Below are positions 52,720 to 62,309 of a stretch of 64,000 nt of DNA, in pieces; positions within the stretch are counted from its first letter, which is position 1; each line of letters starts with the position of its first letter. A program made the translations under genes and the position numbers. Source of the stretch: Syntrophales bacterium (GTDB taxonomy: Bacteria > Desulfobacterota > Syntrophia > Syntrophales > UBA4778); contig CAXXQE010000008.1 of NCBI GenBank assembly GCA_963665615.2, positions 1-64,000 of the forward strand, in the 5' to 3' direction. The notes beneath the pieces were generated by a model. The model was given only the letters and a program-made list of their open reading frames with translations. It was not told the DNA's origin and ran no database searches.

Positions 52720-55128
52720 TCACATAAAATTCACCGGGTCGAAATCCACCTTGATGGTCACGTCCCGGACCGGATTCGCCTTGAGGAGGGTCCGGACCAG
52801 GGCATGAAGCGCCTGGCTGCTCGCTCCCTTCAGGATCAGGTGCCGGCGGTGTTTCCCCTTGATCCGCGCGATCGGGGCCTCCGCGGGACCCATGATCTCG
52901 ATAGCCGCCTTTCCCGCCAGGCGCCGCGCCGCCTTCCCGATTTCGTCCGAGGCCTTCACGGCCTTCTCCTTCACGTTGCTCGAAATCTGGAGGCTCACCA
53001 TCCGCGTGAAGGGCGGATAGGCAAATTCCTGCCGCAGGGCGATCTCTTTTTCATAAAACCCCCGGTAATCGTGCCGCGCCGCCAGTTCGATCGCGTAATG
53101 CTCCGGATTGAATGTCTGGATATAGACCCGGCCGGGGTCATCACCGCGCCCGCCGCGCCCGCCCACCTGGGTCAGCACCTGAAAGGCCTTCTCCGCCGAC
53201 CGGAAGTCAGGGAGGTTCAGTGCGGCGTCCGCGGAGATGATCCCCACGAGGAGCACACCGGGGTAATCGTGCCCCTTGGTGATCATCTGGGTTCCGATCA
53301 GGATGTCGATCTCCCCCCTGGAAAAGCGGTTCAGGATCCTTTCATAATGCCCCTTTTCCGCCGTGGTGTCAGAGTCCATGCGCTCGACTCGGGCGCCGGG
53401 AAAGCGCTCGACCACCTCTTTTTCCAACCGCTCGGTTCCAACGCCGAAAGTCCCAATCCGTGAGCCATTGCAAGACGGACAGAGGGGAAGCGACTTGAGC
53501 GCAAAATCGCAATAGTGGCAGCGCAATACCCCCTCGGTTGCGTGATGGGTCAGCGCGACCGAGCAGTTCAGGCAGCGAAAGACATGCCCGCAGTCGTAGC
53601 AACTGACGAAGGTATGAAACCCGCGTCGATTCAGAAAAAGGATCGTTTGTTTGCCCTGGCTGAGCGTTTCTCCGATGGCGCCCAGCAGCGCCCGTGACAA
53701 CAAGCGGGGTTTTGCCTCCGCATCATACTCCTGTTTCATATCGACCAAATGGACAGCTGGCAGAGGCCGCTGGGCCACCCGATTCGGCAGGCTGAGATAG
53801 CGGAACTTGCCGCCCAGCGCATTGTGGTACGACTGAATCGCCGGCGTCGCCGATCCCAGAACAACTACCGCCGATTGACGGCTCGCCTTGATGATCGCCA
53901 GATCGCGCGCATGATAGCGCATCCGATCATCCTGCTTATAGGAGGAATCATGTTCCTCGTCAACGATGATCAATTTGAGATTCCTTGCCGGGGCGAAGAT
54001 CGCCGATCGCGCCCCGATGATCAGCCGCAAGTCACCGCTCGCAATCCGCCGCCATTGGTCGTAGCGAGCCGCCTCTGAAATACCGCTGTGCATGACGGCG
54101 ATGTCCATATCGGCGAAGCGCTGGCGCACCCGGCCGAGAAGCTGCGGAGTCAGAGCGATCTCCGGCACCAGATAGATCGCCGAACCGCCGTTTTTCAGGG
54201 CCTCGGCGATGGCCCGGAGATAGACCTCCGTCTTGCCGCTGCCGGTCACACCGTGAAGCAGCCATGGGGAAAAACCGCCCGAGGCCAAGGCATCGACGAG
54301 CGAGCAATATGCCGTCTCTTGGTCGGGATTGAGAGACGGCGCGCTACCCTGCAGCCCTTCGAGTCCCTCCTGATCGGGCGACCGCTGGATCTCCCGCTCC
54401 CGGACCGTCGCCAGTCCCTTCTTTTGAAGTGCGGCAACGCGGGCGGATGCGCCCTTGAAATGCAAATGGAGTTCTGAAGTGGCGACCTCTCCATGCTCCC
54501 GCAGGTATGCGAGAACGTCCTGTTGTTTCGGTGTAAGCTTTTCTTCGGGTGAATGTTCCGTTACGGGTGCGACAAAGCGAATCTTGCGAAGAGACACTGC
54601 AGGCCCCTGAAGGCGCTCCTCGAAAACAACCAGCCCTGAGGTTTCCAGGCGCTTGAGCACTGCATCGATCCGCCGCCCTTTAAAGGCCTCTTTCAGCGTC
54701 TTCAGGCGCATCCCGTGCGGCTGGGAGCGCACGAGCTCAAAGACCTCCAAGGCCAACGACGAGAGCCCCGTCCCGGTCGGTGCCTCATTGCGACAGATTA
54801 CCCAGGTCTGTGAACCGGGATCGATTCCACCGGGCAGCACTTCCTTTAGAAGGCGACCCAGCGGGTAGAGGTAGTAATCGGAGGCCCACTGAAAAAAGGC
54901 CAGGTCTTCCTCATTGAAAAGGGGGGTTTCATCCAGGACCGAAATAACGGGGCGGATATCATCCCGATCCGCCTTCGACAGAATGGACAGAATGTAGCCG
55001 GAAACCTTCTTCTTTCCAAAGGGAACGAGGACCCGCTTGCCGACAGCAATCTTAGATGCCAACGCGGGGGGAACGGCGTAGGAAAAAGGATTTTCAACGG
55101 GGATATTGATGGCAACTTGAATATACAT
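52720..55128 (-). CDS. priA: Primosomal protein N'
   Basis: GVTGSGKTEVY, VPEIALTPQ, DEEH, Cys-rich Zn region, GTQMITKG. Confidence 0.96.
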   Translation of the reverse strand: MYIQVAINIPVENPFSYAVPPALASKIAVGKRVLVPFGKKKVSGYILSILSKADRDDIRPVISVLDETPLFNEEDLAFFQWASDYYLYPLGRLLKEVLPGGIDPGSQTWVICRNEAPTGTGLSSLALEVFELVRSQPHGMRLKTLKEAFKGRRIDAVLKRLETSGLVVFEERLQGPAVSLRKIRFVAPVTEHSPEEKLTPKQQDVLAYLREHGEVATSELHLHFKGASARVAALQKKGLATVREREIQRSPDQEGLEGLQGSAPSLNPDQETAYCSLVDALASGGFSPWLLHGVTGSGKTEVYLRAIAEALKNGGSAIYLVPEIALTPQLLGRVRQRFADMDIAVMHSGISEAARYDQWRRIASGDLRLIIGARSAIFAPARNLKLIIVDEEHDSSYKQDDRMRYHARDLAIIKASRQSAVVVLGSATPAIQSYHNALGGKFRYLSLPNRVAQRPLPAVHLVDMKQEYDAEAKPRLLSRALLGAIGETLSQGKQTILFLNRRGFHTFVSCYDCGHVFRCLNCSVALTHHATEGVLRCHYCDFALKSLPLCPSCNGSRIGTFGVGTERLEKEVVERFPGARVERMDSDTTAEKGHYERILNRFSRGEIDILIGTQMITKGHDYPGVLLVGIISADAALNLPDFRSAEKAFQVLTQVGGRGGRGDDPGRVYIQTFNPEHYAIELAARHDYRGFYEKEIALRQEFAYPPFTRMVSLQISSNVKEKAVKASDEIGKAARRLAGKAAIEIMGPAEAPIARIKGKHRRHLILKGASSQALHALVRTLLKANPVRDVTIKVDFDPVNFM

Positions 55129-55242
55129 ACATCTGCCTTGAGAAGGCTGTCGTTCAGCCTGACATCGGCAAGGTTGCTTCCCCCGCCGAAACCACTTCTG
55201 ACCAGCCGGGGTTAAATCGTCGCAGCGCTGCGCTTAGCATGT

Positions 55243-55302
55243 GACCTGACGCTTTTCTGCCCGTCACTCGTTACTGTTACTCGTCACTGCGGCATCAGCC
55301 GC
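55243..55302 (-). repeat. Family H element with conserved flank
   Basis: About 60-bp near-duplicate of 59152-59212 (GACCTGACGC...CGTCACTCGTTAC...TCGTCACTGCGGC..AGCCGC). Confidence 0.85.
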
Positions 55303-55336
55303 TGTTCAGTCTAAAAAATGGGATAGCGAAGGACAA

Positions 55337-55370
55337 TAAAAAAATCAACCCCGAAGAGTTGATTTTTTTA
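55337..55370 (-). terminator. Intrinsic terminator after dksA
   Basis: TAAAAAAATCAAC...GTTGATTTTTTTA. Confidence 0.75.
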
Positions 55371-55390
55371 TCTGATAAGAATGACGCCGA

Positions 55391-55753
55391 TTACTCGCCC
55401 CGCTGTTTTTCGAGTTTTTCCTCTTTGGTCTTGCACTCGATGCACAGCGTGGTCACGGGTCTGGCGATAAGTCTCTTTTCTGAAATCGGACCGCCGCAGC
55501 GTTCGCAGATCCCGAACGTGCCGGTATCGATACGCTGAATGGCCTCCTGCATCTTGCGGATCAGCTTCCGCTCACGATCCCTGATCCGGAGTTCAAAATT
55601 CCGGTCAGATTCGAGGGACGCCCGGTCGTTGGGATCCGGGAAATTTTCCTGGTCGTCCGTCATATCGTTGACCGTCTTATTGGCCTCCCCAAGAAGTTCA
55701 TCAATCCTCTGTTCCAAAAGACCTTTGAACATCTCCTTTTTTTCAGGTTTCAT
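55391..55753 (-). CDS. dksA: RNA polymerase-binding protein DksA
   Basis: DPNDRAS, RDRERKLI, C4 zinc finger; TTTACA-17-TATACT promoter at 55792-55820. Confidence 0.95.
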   Translation of the reverse strand: MKPEKKEMFKGLLEQRIDELLGEANKTVNDMTDDQENFPDPNDRASLESDRNFELRIRDRERKLIRKMQEAIQRIDTGTFGICERCGGPISEKRLIARPVTTLCIECKTKEEKLEKQRGE

Positions 55754-55990
55754 CAGGAATCTCCACGCATCTGGATTTAAAACAATGGGGGAGTATAATG
55801 GACCTCTCTGGTTTTGTAAAGTAAAAATGTGAAGCCACTATCGGTTCAAAGCCGGTGCAAAACCAGGGACACCTAACCACATACGACTCTTCCCTCGCTG
55901 ATATTTCGGCGAATCGGTGAAATATCTTTAACACTGCCGCAAGCGGCGCCAGGTAAAAAAACCTGCCTGTTTTTCAATTATTGATTACCC

Positions 55991-56073
55991 TTGAAGGCTC
56001 ACCGGAGCAAACTCCGACAAATCTCCGATCCTTAAGGAAGATGTTTTATTATGATGCGCTCGCCACCGGATTC
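55991..56073 (-). repeat. Internally deleted family B repeat
   Basis: Both ends present; segment between the two CGCTCGC motifs missing; overlaps the upstream gene's stop. Confidence 0.75.
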
Positions 56074-56554
56074 AGTAACTCACATAGGTCTTCAATATCT
56101 TGTCGATTACGTTGGTCGTAGAGGCCCCTTCAACCTGGGGAATGATCTCCACACGTCCGCCCCAGCGCTTGGCAACGTCACCGCCCACGACGGCATCCGC
56201 AGACCAGTCGCCCCCTTTGACCAGAATATCCGGTTCAAGCAGTTCGATGAGTTTCAGTGGCGTCTCTTCGCCGAAGAGGGTCACGTAATCGATGCACGCA
56301 AGCCCCGCCAGCACCTCGGCCCGATCCAACTCCGAATTGAGCGGCCGCTTTTCGCCCTTCAGCGCGCGAACCGAGGCGTCGGTATTGAGTCCGAGCACCA
56401 GCACATCCCCGAGCCTACGCGCCGCATTGAGATAACGGACATGCCCGACATGAAGAATATCAAAACAGCCATTCGTGAAAACGATCCGTTTTCCCTCCCC
56501 CTTCAGCCGAACGACTTCTTTTTTTAATTCATCCCAAGATAAAATCTGTCCCAT
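56072..56554 (-). CDS. rfaE2: D-glycero-beta-D-manno-heptose 1-phosphate adenylyltransferase
   Basis: [26 protein letters not shown]. Confidence 0.92.
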   Translation of the reverse strand: MGQILSWDELKKEVVRLKGEGKRIVFTNGCFDILHVGHVRYLNAARRLGDVLVLGLNTDASVRALKGEKRPLNSELDRAEVLAGLACIDYVTLFGEETPLKLIELLEPDILVKGGDWSADAVVGGDVAKRWGGRVEIIPQVEGASTTNVIDKILKTYVSY

Positions 56555-56578
56555 GGTTATTTCGATCCTTATTCCCTA

Positions 56579-56908
56579 TTATTTTCTGATCATGACAAGA
56601 AGCATCTTGAACCGGGGATTTGCTTTTAAGGCATGCGGTTTATTCGCAGGCATCACGATCATCTCGCCTTCTCTGACAGTATGCACCGATCCGGCGATTG
56701 TAATATCTGCAATCCCGTCAATAATCTGAACAAGCGCATCAAAAGGCGCCGTATGCTCACTAAGCCCTTGCCCCGAGTCAAAGGCAAACACGGTAACCGT
56801 TCCAACGCTCTTATCGATGATAGTCCGACTGACAACCGATCCGGTCTGATAAGAGACCATGTCTTTCAAATTTAAGGCTACTCCGATGAGATTATTTTCG
56901 TCTGACAT
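56579..56908 (-). CDS. Cupin-domain protein
   Basis: FAFDSGQGLSEHTAPFDA, MPANKPHAL; GGAGG SD. Confidence 0.9.
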   Translation of the reverse strand: MSDENNLIGVALNLKDMVSYQTGSVVSRTIIDKSVGTVTVFAFDSGQGLSEHTAPFDALVQIIDGIADITIAGSVHTVREGEMIVMPANKPHALKANPRFKMLLVMIRK

Positions 56909-56926
56909 CCGCTCCTCCTTTGTTTT

Positions 56927-56982
56927 GTATAATGACGAAATCACCCGGCACGTTAGCGATTGGCTGTAGCGACGGGTTGGAC
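56927..56982 (-). mobile_element. Strongly decayed attC-like site
   Basis: Minus strand GTCCAAC-CCGTC-GCTACAGCC...GGGTGATT-TCGTC-ATTATAC (GTT core reads ATT). Confidence 0.33.
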
Positions 56983-57552
56983 ATATTTTTTCATCTCAAA
57001 TGAGAGGAGCAAGGAGGTAATTTCATCAAATTCAATAATATTACAAACAAGTTCATTAAACCAATTCACAGCATTAGTTTCCATTTCTGTGGATTGACGA
57101 GTGAATCTGGCTTTTGCATGAAATAGCAGGTCCCTCCTGATTTCTTGTCTTGACCGTGAACATGTCATCGTTATTTTTAATTCCAAGTCTGCTGTCGTAT
57201 CTGCAACACCAAACAATGCCACTATTGCTGAATACAACTTGGTCGAGATAATGTCAAAATTGCCTATGAGGATGGGAAGATAATTTACTTTAATGCGCAA
57301 ATTAAGGTGAGGGGTTGCTGAAAACCGCCCTCTAGCAGCGTTAAGATGCCCCTCGCAAATGCTGATCAAATCGAATGCTTTTAGTGAATTCAATTTCTCC
57401 AGCCAAACGTCTTCGAGATTTTTATCAACATTGTGACCATTCCAAAGTCGTTCCCCTTCTCTGGGGTCTCTTGGCGGTCTTGTCGGACGTATAACCGTTT
57501 GTCTACGTACTTGTTCCATTGAGTTGAATCTCTTAGCTGAATGTGGTCTCAT
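56953..57552 (-). CDS. Hypothetical protein (AT-rich; VD...LN...SICEGH motif)
   Basis: 199-aa ORF with AGGAAGG SD; composition unlike neighbours. Confidence 0.7.
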   Translation of the reverse strand: MRPHSAKRFNSMEQVRRQTVIRPTRPPRDPREGERLWNGHNVDKNLEDVWLEKLNSLKAFDLISICEGHLNAARGRFSATPHLNLRIKVNYLPILIGNFDIISTKLYSAIVALFGVADTTADLELKITMTCSRSRQEIRRDLLFHAKARFTRQSTEMETNAVNWFNELVCNIIEFDEITSLLLSFEMKKYVQPVATANR

Positions 57553-57568
57553 ACCTTCCTAAGCGATA

Positions 57569-57772
57569 CTACTTTTTTCCCTCTTGCTCGGGCGATTGAT
57601 AAATATTGTTACGAAGGTTTATGTACTTATCCAGCATATAAGGATGTACCTGCTCGATGAAGTTAAGAATAGAGAGCAGTGCGTCTTTATCGTCCCTTAC
57701 CTCATTGGAAGCCAATACCTGGATTTCATGCGCTTCATTTCCGAGGTACAAAACTTCTCTTTTTCTTCTCAT
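57569..57772 (-). CDS. Small hypothetical protein or gene fragment
   Basis: 67-aa ORF with AAGGA SD, co-oriented with the 199-aa ORF. Confidence 0.45.
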   Translation of the reverse strand: MRRKREVLYLGNEAHEIQVLASNEVRDDKDALLSILNFIEQVHPYMLDKYINLRNNIYQSPEQEGKK

Positions 57773-57799
57773 GTGTGTTTTCCTTTACCCGAACAATTA

Positions 57800-57949
57800 T
57801 TATACCAACTTGGCTTTTTTCGAAAATTTCGGCTGATCCTACATCATTTCACCAAAAACAAAAAGCATAATGCTAGAGAATTACAGCATGTTTACCTTAG
57901 GCACCTGGGCATTTCGTGAAAATAACGATAAAAAGCCAAGTTGGTATAA
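57800..57949. mobile_element. 150-bp MITE with perfect 20-bp terminal inverted repeats
   Basis: TTATACCAACTTGGCTTTTT / AAAAAGCCAAGTTGGTATAA. Confidence 0.72.
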
Positions 57950-58101
57950 CATAGATAAATTGGCAAGGAACCGGGGAGATATCACCTGCCCGGCCATCAG
58001 AACACCGCACTTGATACGACGCTGAAAAAGACCGGACAAGCGATTTCTGATTTGAACAATGCACAAAAGACAATCAAGGGCAATGCATCAAGGCCTCTCC
58101 C

Positions 58102-58225
58102 GCAGGCTGTTCAAAAAGGTTTAGATGCAAGGCGCGCGAGGACCGGGAAGCGCAGCGTATAGGTAATACGTGAGCATTCCCGCCCGCAGCGCAACACAGC
58201 AGATGAATCTTTTTCAACAGCCTGC
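58102..58225 (+). repeat. Family C palindromic repeat
   Basis: Matches 30894-31017; 4 nt from the comF stop. Confidence 0.9.
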
Positions 58226-58229
58226 CAAG

Positions 58230-59045
58230 TCAGACAGCCCGCGCAAGGGTCAGCACCGCCACCTCTTCCGCCCCGGCCTCCTTCAGCACCATTGCACATT
58301 CGCTGACCGTGCTCCCGGTCGTATACACATCGTCCACCAGAATGACTTTTTTGCCCTCGACCGCTTCAGGAGTTTTCACCTCGAAGGCCCCCCTCACATT
58401 CTGATGCCGGTCTTTGGCGTCAAGTCCCACCTGCGGCATCGTGTACCCCTTTCTTCGAATCAGGTCAACTCTTAAAGCAAGGCCATGTTGCCTGGCCAAC
58501 GCCCGACCCAGGAAAACGGCCTGATTGAAGCCCCGCTGCCGTAACTTCTTTGGATGCAGCGGCACGGGCAGGATCAAGTCATAACGCTCTAGTTCAATGT
58601 CAGGCCAGAGGTGGCGGGCCATCAATCGGCTCAACGCCTTCCCGGACGGCCAGTGGTGATGGTATTTGAAGCGATGGATCGCCTCCAGCAACACTTTATC
58701 ATAGACCCCGACAGCGCGAGCCAGGTCAAAAGGTGGTGGAGATGTGATGCAATCACCGCAGGGATGATCTTCGCCCGCTGGGGATGCCAAGGGCAGCCCG
58801 CAGCAGGGGCAAAAAGGGGATGCAATGAAAGTTACCTTGGAGAAACACGCCGGACAGAGTGCAACAGGACCTTCCCTTTGTATCAGGGCGCCGCAGTCAA
58901 CGCATGTGGGAGGAAACATCAGATCGGCCAAGGCACGCCACAGACCGCCGCGGGGAATGCAATCAGTGTCAGGGGTCAAGGGGAGGGCTATGGATTTTTC
59001 CGCGTCCTTCTTTGAATCCGAAAGTTGGGGAACCATGCTTTCCAT
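58230..59045 (-). CDS. comF: ComF-family protein (start uncertain)
   Basis: Double zinc ribbon, PVPLH..RQRGFNQA, LVDDVYTTGST. Confidence 0.9.
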   Translation of the reverse strand: MESMVPQLSDSKKDAEKSIALPLTPDTDCIPRGGLWRALADLMFPPTCVDCGALIQREGPVALCPACFSKVTFIASPFCPCCGLPLASPAGEDHPCGDCITSPPPFDLARAVGVYDKVLLEAIHRFKYHHHWPSGKALSRLMARHLWPDIELERYDLILPVPLHPKKLRQRGFNQAVFLGRALARQHGLALRVDLIRRKGYTMPQVGLDAKDRHQNVRGAFEVKTPEAVEGKKVILVDDVYTTGSTVSECAMVLKEAGAEEVAVLTLARAV

Positions 59046-59151
59046 GCATATCCCTGAAATCGGAATTTGAAACCCCACAGAAAACGGCAACTTCCGGTCA
59101 AGTTGCCAAATTAGTCCCAAGTAATTCGCCGCGGCACTGTGCCTGACATAC

Positions 59152-59212
59152 GACCTGACGCATTTTTGCTCGTCACTCGTTACTTGTGACTCGTCACTGC
59201 GGCGTTAGCCGC
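59152..59212 (-). repeat. Family H element with conserved flank
   Basis: Minus strand GCGGC-TAAC-GCCGC A GTGACGA GTCACAA GTAACGA GTGACGA after the rsfS stop. Confidence 0.85.
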
Positions 59213-59214
59213 TT

Positions 59215-59607
59215 CTATATTTTTCTGCTCAGCGAGGTCAGCGCGGGGGCGTCATCCTCGACTTCCAGCCGCGGGGCGTCCGGCCACAGTCGCTCAATGT
59301 CATAGAATTCCCGGACGGGATCGAAAAAGATGTGAATAACGACATCGCCGTAATCCATCAGGACCCACTTCCCGATCCGCTCGCCTTCGATCCCGATCGG
59401 ACGTCGACCCGCCTTCTTCAAAACCCCCTCAATATATTCCGCAATGGTCTGGACCTGTCGATCGGAGTTTCCGCTGCAGACGATAAAATAGTCCGAGAGC
59501 GAGGAGACTTTTTTTACGTTGAGAACGAGAATCTTGTGGGCCTTCTTTTCCAGTGCGGCGTTGACTGATAACAGTGCGGTTTTTCTTGTCGTGATTTCTT
59601 TAGGAAT
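59215..59607 (-). CDS. rsfS: Ribosome silencing factor RsfS (start uncertain, possibly ATT)
   Basis: KKA..I.VL, DYFIVCSG.S.RQV, WVLMDYGDVVIHIF, REFYDIERLW. Confidence 0.93.
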   Translation of the reverse strand: MPKEITTRKTALLSVNAALEKKAHKILVLNVKKVSSLSDYFIVCSGNSDRQVQTIAEYIEGVLKKAGRRPIGIEGERIGKWVLMDYGDVVIHIFFDPVREFYDIERLWPDAPRLEVEDDAPALTSLSRKI

Positions 59608-59730
59608 GGTTCTATCCTCCAAACATCCTGCGTAACGCAATATTTTTCTTTTTCTAATGGAAATACCCCCCGGTGTCAACGCCAATAATTTTTGACCATT
59701 ATCGCATCAACAGAACAAGGCATCACAGAC

Positions 59731-59760
59731 TTGTCACTCGTTACCTGTCACTCGTCACTG
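59731..59760 (-). repeat. Family H heptamer array
   Basis: Minus strand GTGACGA GTGACAG GTAACGA GTGACAA. Confidence 0.78.
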
Positions 59761-59810
59761 CCTTTATGCGGTTGTCTAAACGGGTCGCTTGTGGTAAAAC
59801 GCACGGCATT

Positions 59811-60656
59811 GTGAAAGACATACGCGAACATATCCAGGTACACGTCCCCTTTCGCCTGCTGATGGGGGAGCAACTATCGCTTTTTATCGAGCACAAGCTC
59901 CAGCCAGAAATTAGTTTCAGCAGCTTTGAGTTGGACTCATTTAACCCAGCGGACTTTCGACTCATTGCAGAGCGTCTGCGCCAGGTGGACCTGCCGATCA
60001 CTTTGCACGCCCCGTTTATGGATCTCCGGCCAGGCGCATTGGACGAAAAAATCAGGCGAAGCTCGATTGAACGCTTCCAACAGCTATTCAGCATCGCCCC
60101 CCTCTTTAAACCGAGATCCATCGTATGTCATCCCGCGTTCGACAAGCGGTACTACGTTTCCACTGAAGAGCAGTGGCTGGAAAACAGCATCGACACGTGG
60201 AAGCGCTTTCTTCCTGCCGCAGAGACGCTCGATACGGTCATCGCTTTCGAGAATGTCTATGACACGGACCCGAAAATGCTGCTTTCCTTGGTAGATGCCC
60301 TGGATTCTCCTCATGCCAGGATCTGTTTCGATACGGGACACTTCAATGCGTTTTCCCAAACACCCCTGCATGAATGGCTTGAAGTCTTGGGAGCGCGCAT
60401 CGCGCAGCTGCATCTTCACGACAACCATGGTATAAACGACGAACACCTGCCTGTCGGAGAGGGGACCTTCCCCTTTATAAATCTGTTTTCTTCGTTGCAC
60501 CAGCAGGGTAACCACCCTATTATTACAGTGGAACCGCATACGGAGGAAAATCTATGGAAGACGCTGATCCACATCAAACAACTGAGGCTGCTTGATGTGG
60601 ATCAGCGAGCACATTCCCGTGGCTTGCCGCAGGGGAAGCGAGCGAATCATAACTGA
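59811..60656 (+). CDS. Sugar phosphate isomerase/epimerase (AP endonuclease 2 TIM barrel)
   Basis: TLHAPFMDL, FENV, CFDTGH, HLHDN.G..DEHL. Confidence 0.88.
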   Translation: MKDIREHIQVHVPFRLLMGEQLSLFIEHKLQPEISFSSFELDSFNPADFRLIAERLRQVDLPITLHAPFMDLRPGALDEKIRRSSIERFQQLFSIAPLFKPRSIVCHPAFDKRYYVSTEEQWLENSIDTWKRFLPAAETLDTVIAFENVYDTDPKMLLSLVDALDSPHARICFDTGHFNAFSQTPLHEWLEVLGARIAQLHLHDNHGINDEHLPVGEGTFPFINLFSSLHQQGNHPIITVEPHTEENLWKTLIHIKQLRLLDVDQRAHSRGLPQGKRANHN

Positions 60657-60758
60657 ACATCTTCCTTGGAAATCGGAGATTCGTCGACGCTTGCTCCTGT
60701 GAGCCTGCAATACCTTGAAGCAGCGACCTAAAATCGACCGGATGGAATGGAGATCTGA

Positions 60759-62087
60759 ATGAAAATCGGCATTATAGGAACCGGTTATGTGGGGCTCGTC
60801 GCCGCCGCCTGTTTTGCCCACATGGGCAATGACGTTGTCTGCATGGATATCGACGAGAAAAAAATCGAGGGATTGAAGCGAGGCATCATCCCGATTTACG
60901 AACCCGGTCTGGAGACGCTGGTCAAGCACAATCATCGGGACGACCGGCTGCATTTCACAACCAGTCTGGAGGAGGTGGTTGCCGCCTCGTTTTTCATCTT
61001 CATCGCTGTTGGAACACCTCCCGATGAAAATGGCGCTGCCGATCTTCAGTACGTTCTTAAGGTCGCGGCAGGCATCGGCGAATACATGACCGACACAAAA
61101 ATCATCATCGATAAATCCACCGTCCCGGTCGGAACCGCCGACAAGGTCAGGAAGGTGATCCTGCAGAAACTCGCTGATCGGGGCTTGGACATTGGATTCG
61201 ATGTCGTCTCCAATCCGGAATTTCTGAAGGAAGGGGATTCTATCAACGATTTCATGAAACCGGACCGGGTGGTCATCGGCACAGACAACCCGAAAACGGC
61301 TGAGTTGATGAAAGACCTTTATGCCCCCTTTGCGATGGATCACGACAAGCTGATCGTCATGGACGTCCGCAGCGCCGAACTCACCAAGTACGCCGCCAAC
61401 GCCATGCTCGCAACTCGCATTTCCTTTATGAACGAGATAGCGAATATTTGTGAGCGGGTCGGGGCGGATATCACCAAGGTACGCCTGGGAATCGGCTCGG
61501 ACCGGCGCATCGGTTACAGCTTTATTTACCCGGGTCTCGGTTATGGCGGCTCTTGTTTTCCGAAGGACGTCCGTGCCCTGATTTCCACCGCCGCTGAATC
61601 GGATTACAATGCCGAAATCCTCCGGGCTGTCGAGAAGGTCAACCAACAGCAACGCGGCTGGTTTGCCGAAAGAGTCATCGCCTTCTACCGGACACAGGGG
61701 GGGCTGAAAGGCAAGGCGGCGGCGGTCTGGGGACTGGCCTTCAAACCTAATACCGACGATGTTCGGGAGTCGCCGGCCCTGGATATTATTCGCGCGCTTA
61801 TCGCGGAAGGGGCAACCATACAGGCCTACGATCCGGAGGCCGTTGAAAACGCACGCAGCGTATTGGGCGACATCCCCCAGATGACCTATTGCACCAACCC
61901 TTATGATGCGCTCAAAGGGGCGAATCTGCTTATTCTGGCGACCGAATGGCACCTCTTCAGGAATCCGGATTTTGACCGTATGAAGACCTTGATGGCCGCC
62001 CCCATTGTCTTTGACGGCCGCAACCAGTACGATCCCGAAGAGCTGCGCGCCCGGGGCTTCACGTATATGTGTATAGGAAGAAAATAG
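60759..62087 (+). CDS. ugd: UDP-glucose 6-dehydrogenase
   Basis: GTGYVGL, KSTVPVGT, SNPEFLKEG, GYGGSCFPKD, GLAFKPNTDD. Confidence 0.95.
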   Translation: MKIGIIGTGYVGLVAAACFAHMGNDVVCMDIDEKKIEGLKRGIIPIYEPGLETLVKHNHRDDRLHFTTSLEEVVAASFFIFIAVGTPPDENGAADLQYVLKVAAGIGEYMTDTKIIIDKSTVPVGTADKVRKVILQKLADRGLDIGFDVVSNPEFLKEGDSINDFMKPDRVVIGTDNPKTAELMKDLYAPFAMDHDKLIVMDVRSAELTKYAANAMLATRISFMNEIANICERVGADITKVRLGIGSDRRIGYSFIYPGLGYGGSCFPKDVRALISTAAESDYNAEILRAVEKVNQQQRGWFAERVIAFYRTQGGLKGKAAAVWGLAFKPNTDDVRESPALDIIRALIAEGATIQAYDPEAVENARSVLGDIPQMTYCTNPYDALKGANLLILATEWHLFRNPDFDRMKTLMAAPIVFDGRNQYDPEELRARGFTYMCIGRK

Positions 62088-62287
62088 TTTAAGGTTAAAA
62101 GTTGTTTGAAGTTTAAAGTTGCTGGGTTCGTGATAGTTCCGGGCGTACGTTCGGTTGTCATGCATGCGCAGGCTGCATTCAGTTTTCTCAATATGTCCTA
62201 AGCCATACCCCGCAAGGTGATGGCAGGATTTGTGGCTTTGCGCAGGGTATTTGACTTCAAACTTTCAACTTTAAACTTTATTAAACT
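62085..62287. repeat. ~200-bp spacer bounded by inverted AT-rich short-period repeats
   Basis: AAGTTTAAAGTTG (62109-62121) / CAACTTTAAACTT (62266-62278) plus flanking related units. Confidence 0.6.
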
Positions 62288-62309
62288 GTTTTGTCCGGAG
62301 GGCAATAGC

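Noticed and set aside
60552..62165. 537-aa antisense ORF over ugd (likewise 40659-42092, 11978-13168, 48593-49738, 32297-33397, 20292-21383)
   Set aside because: Shadow frames of well-supported genes in GC-rich DNA; no motifs or SD.
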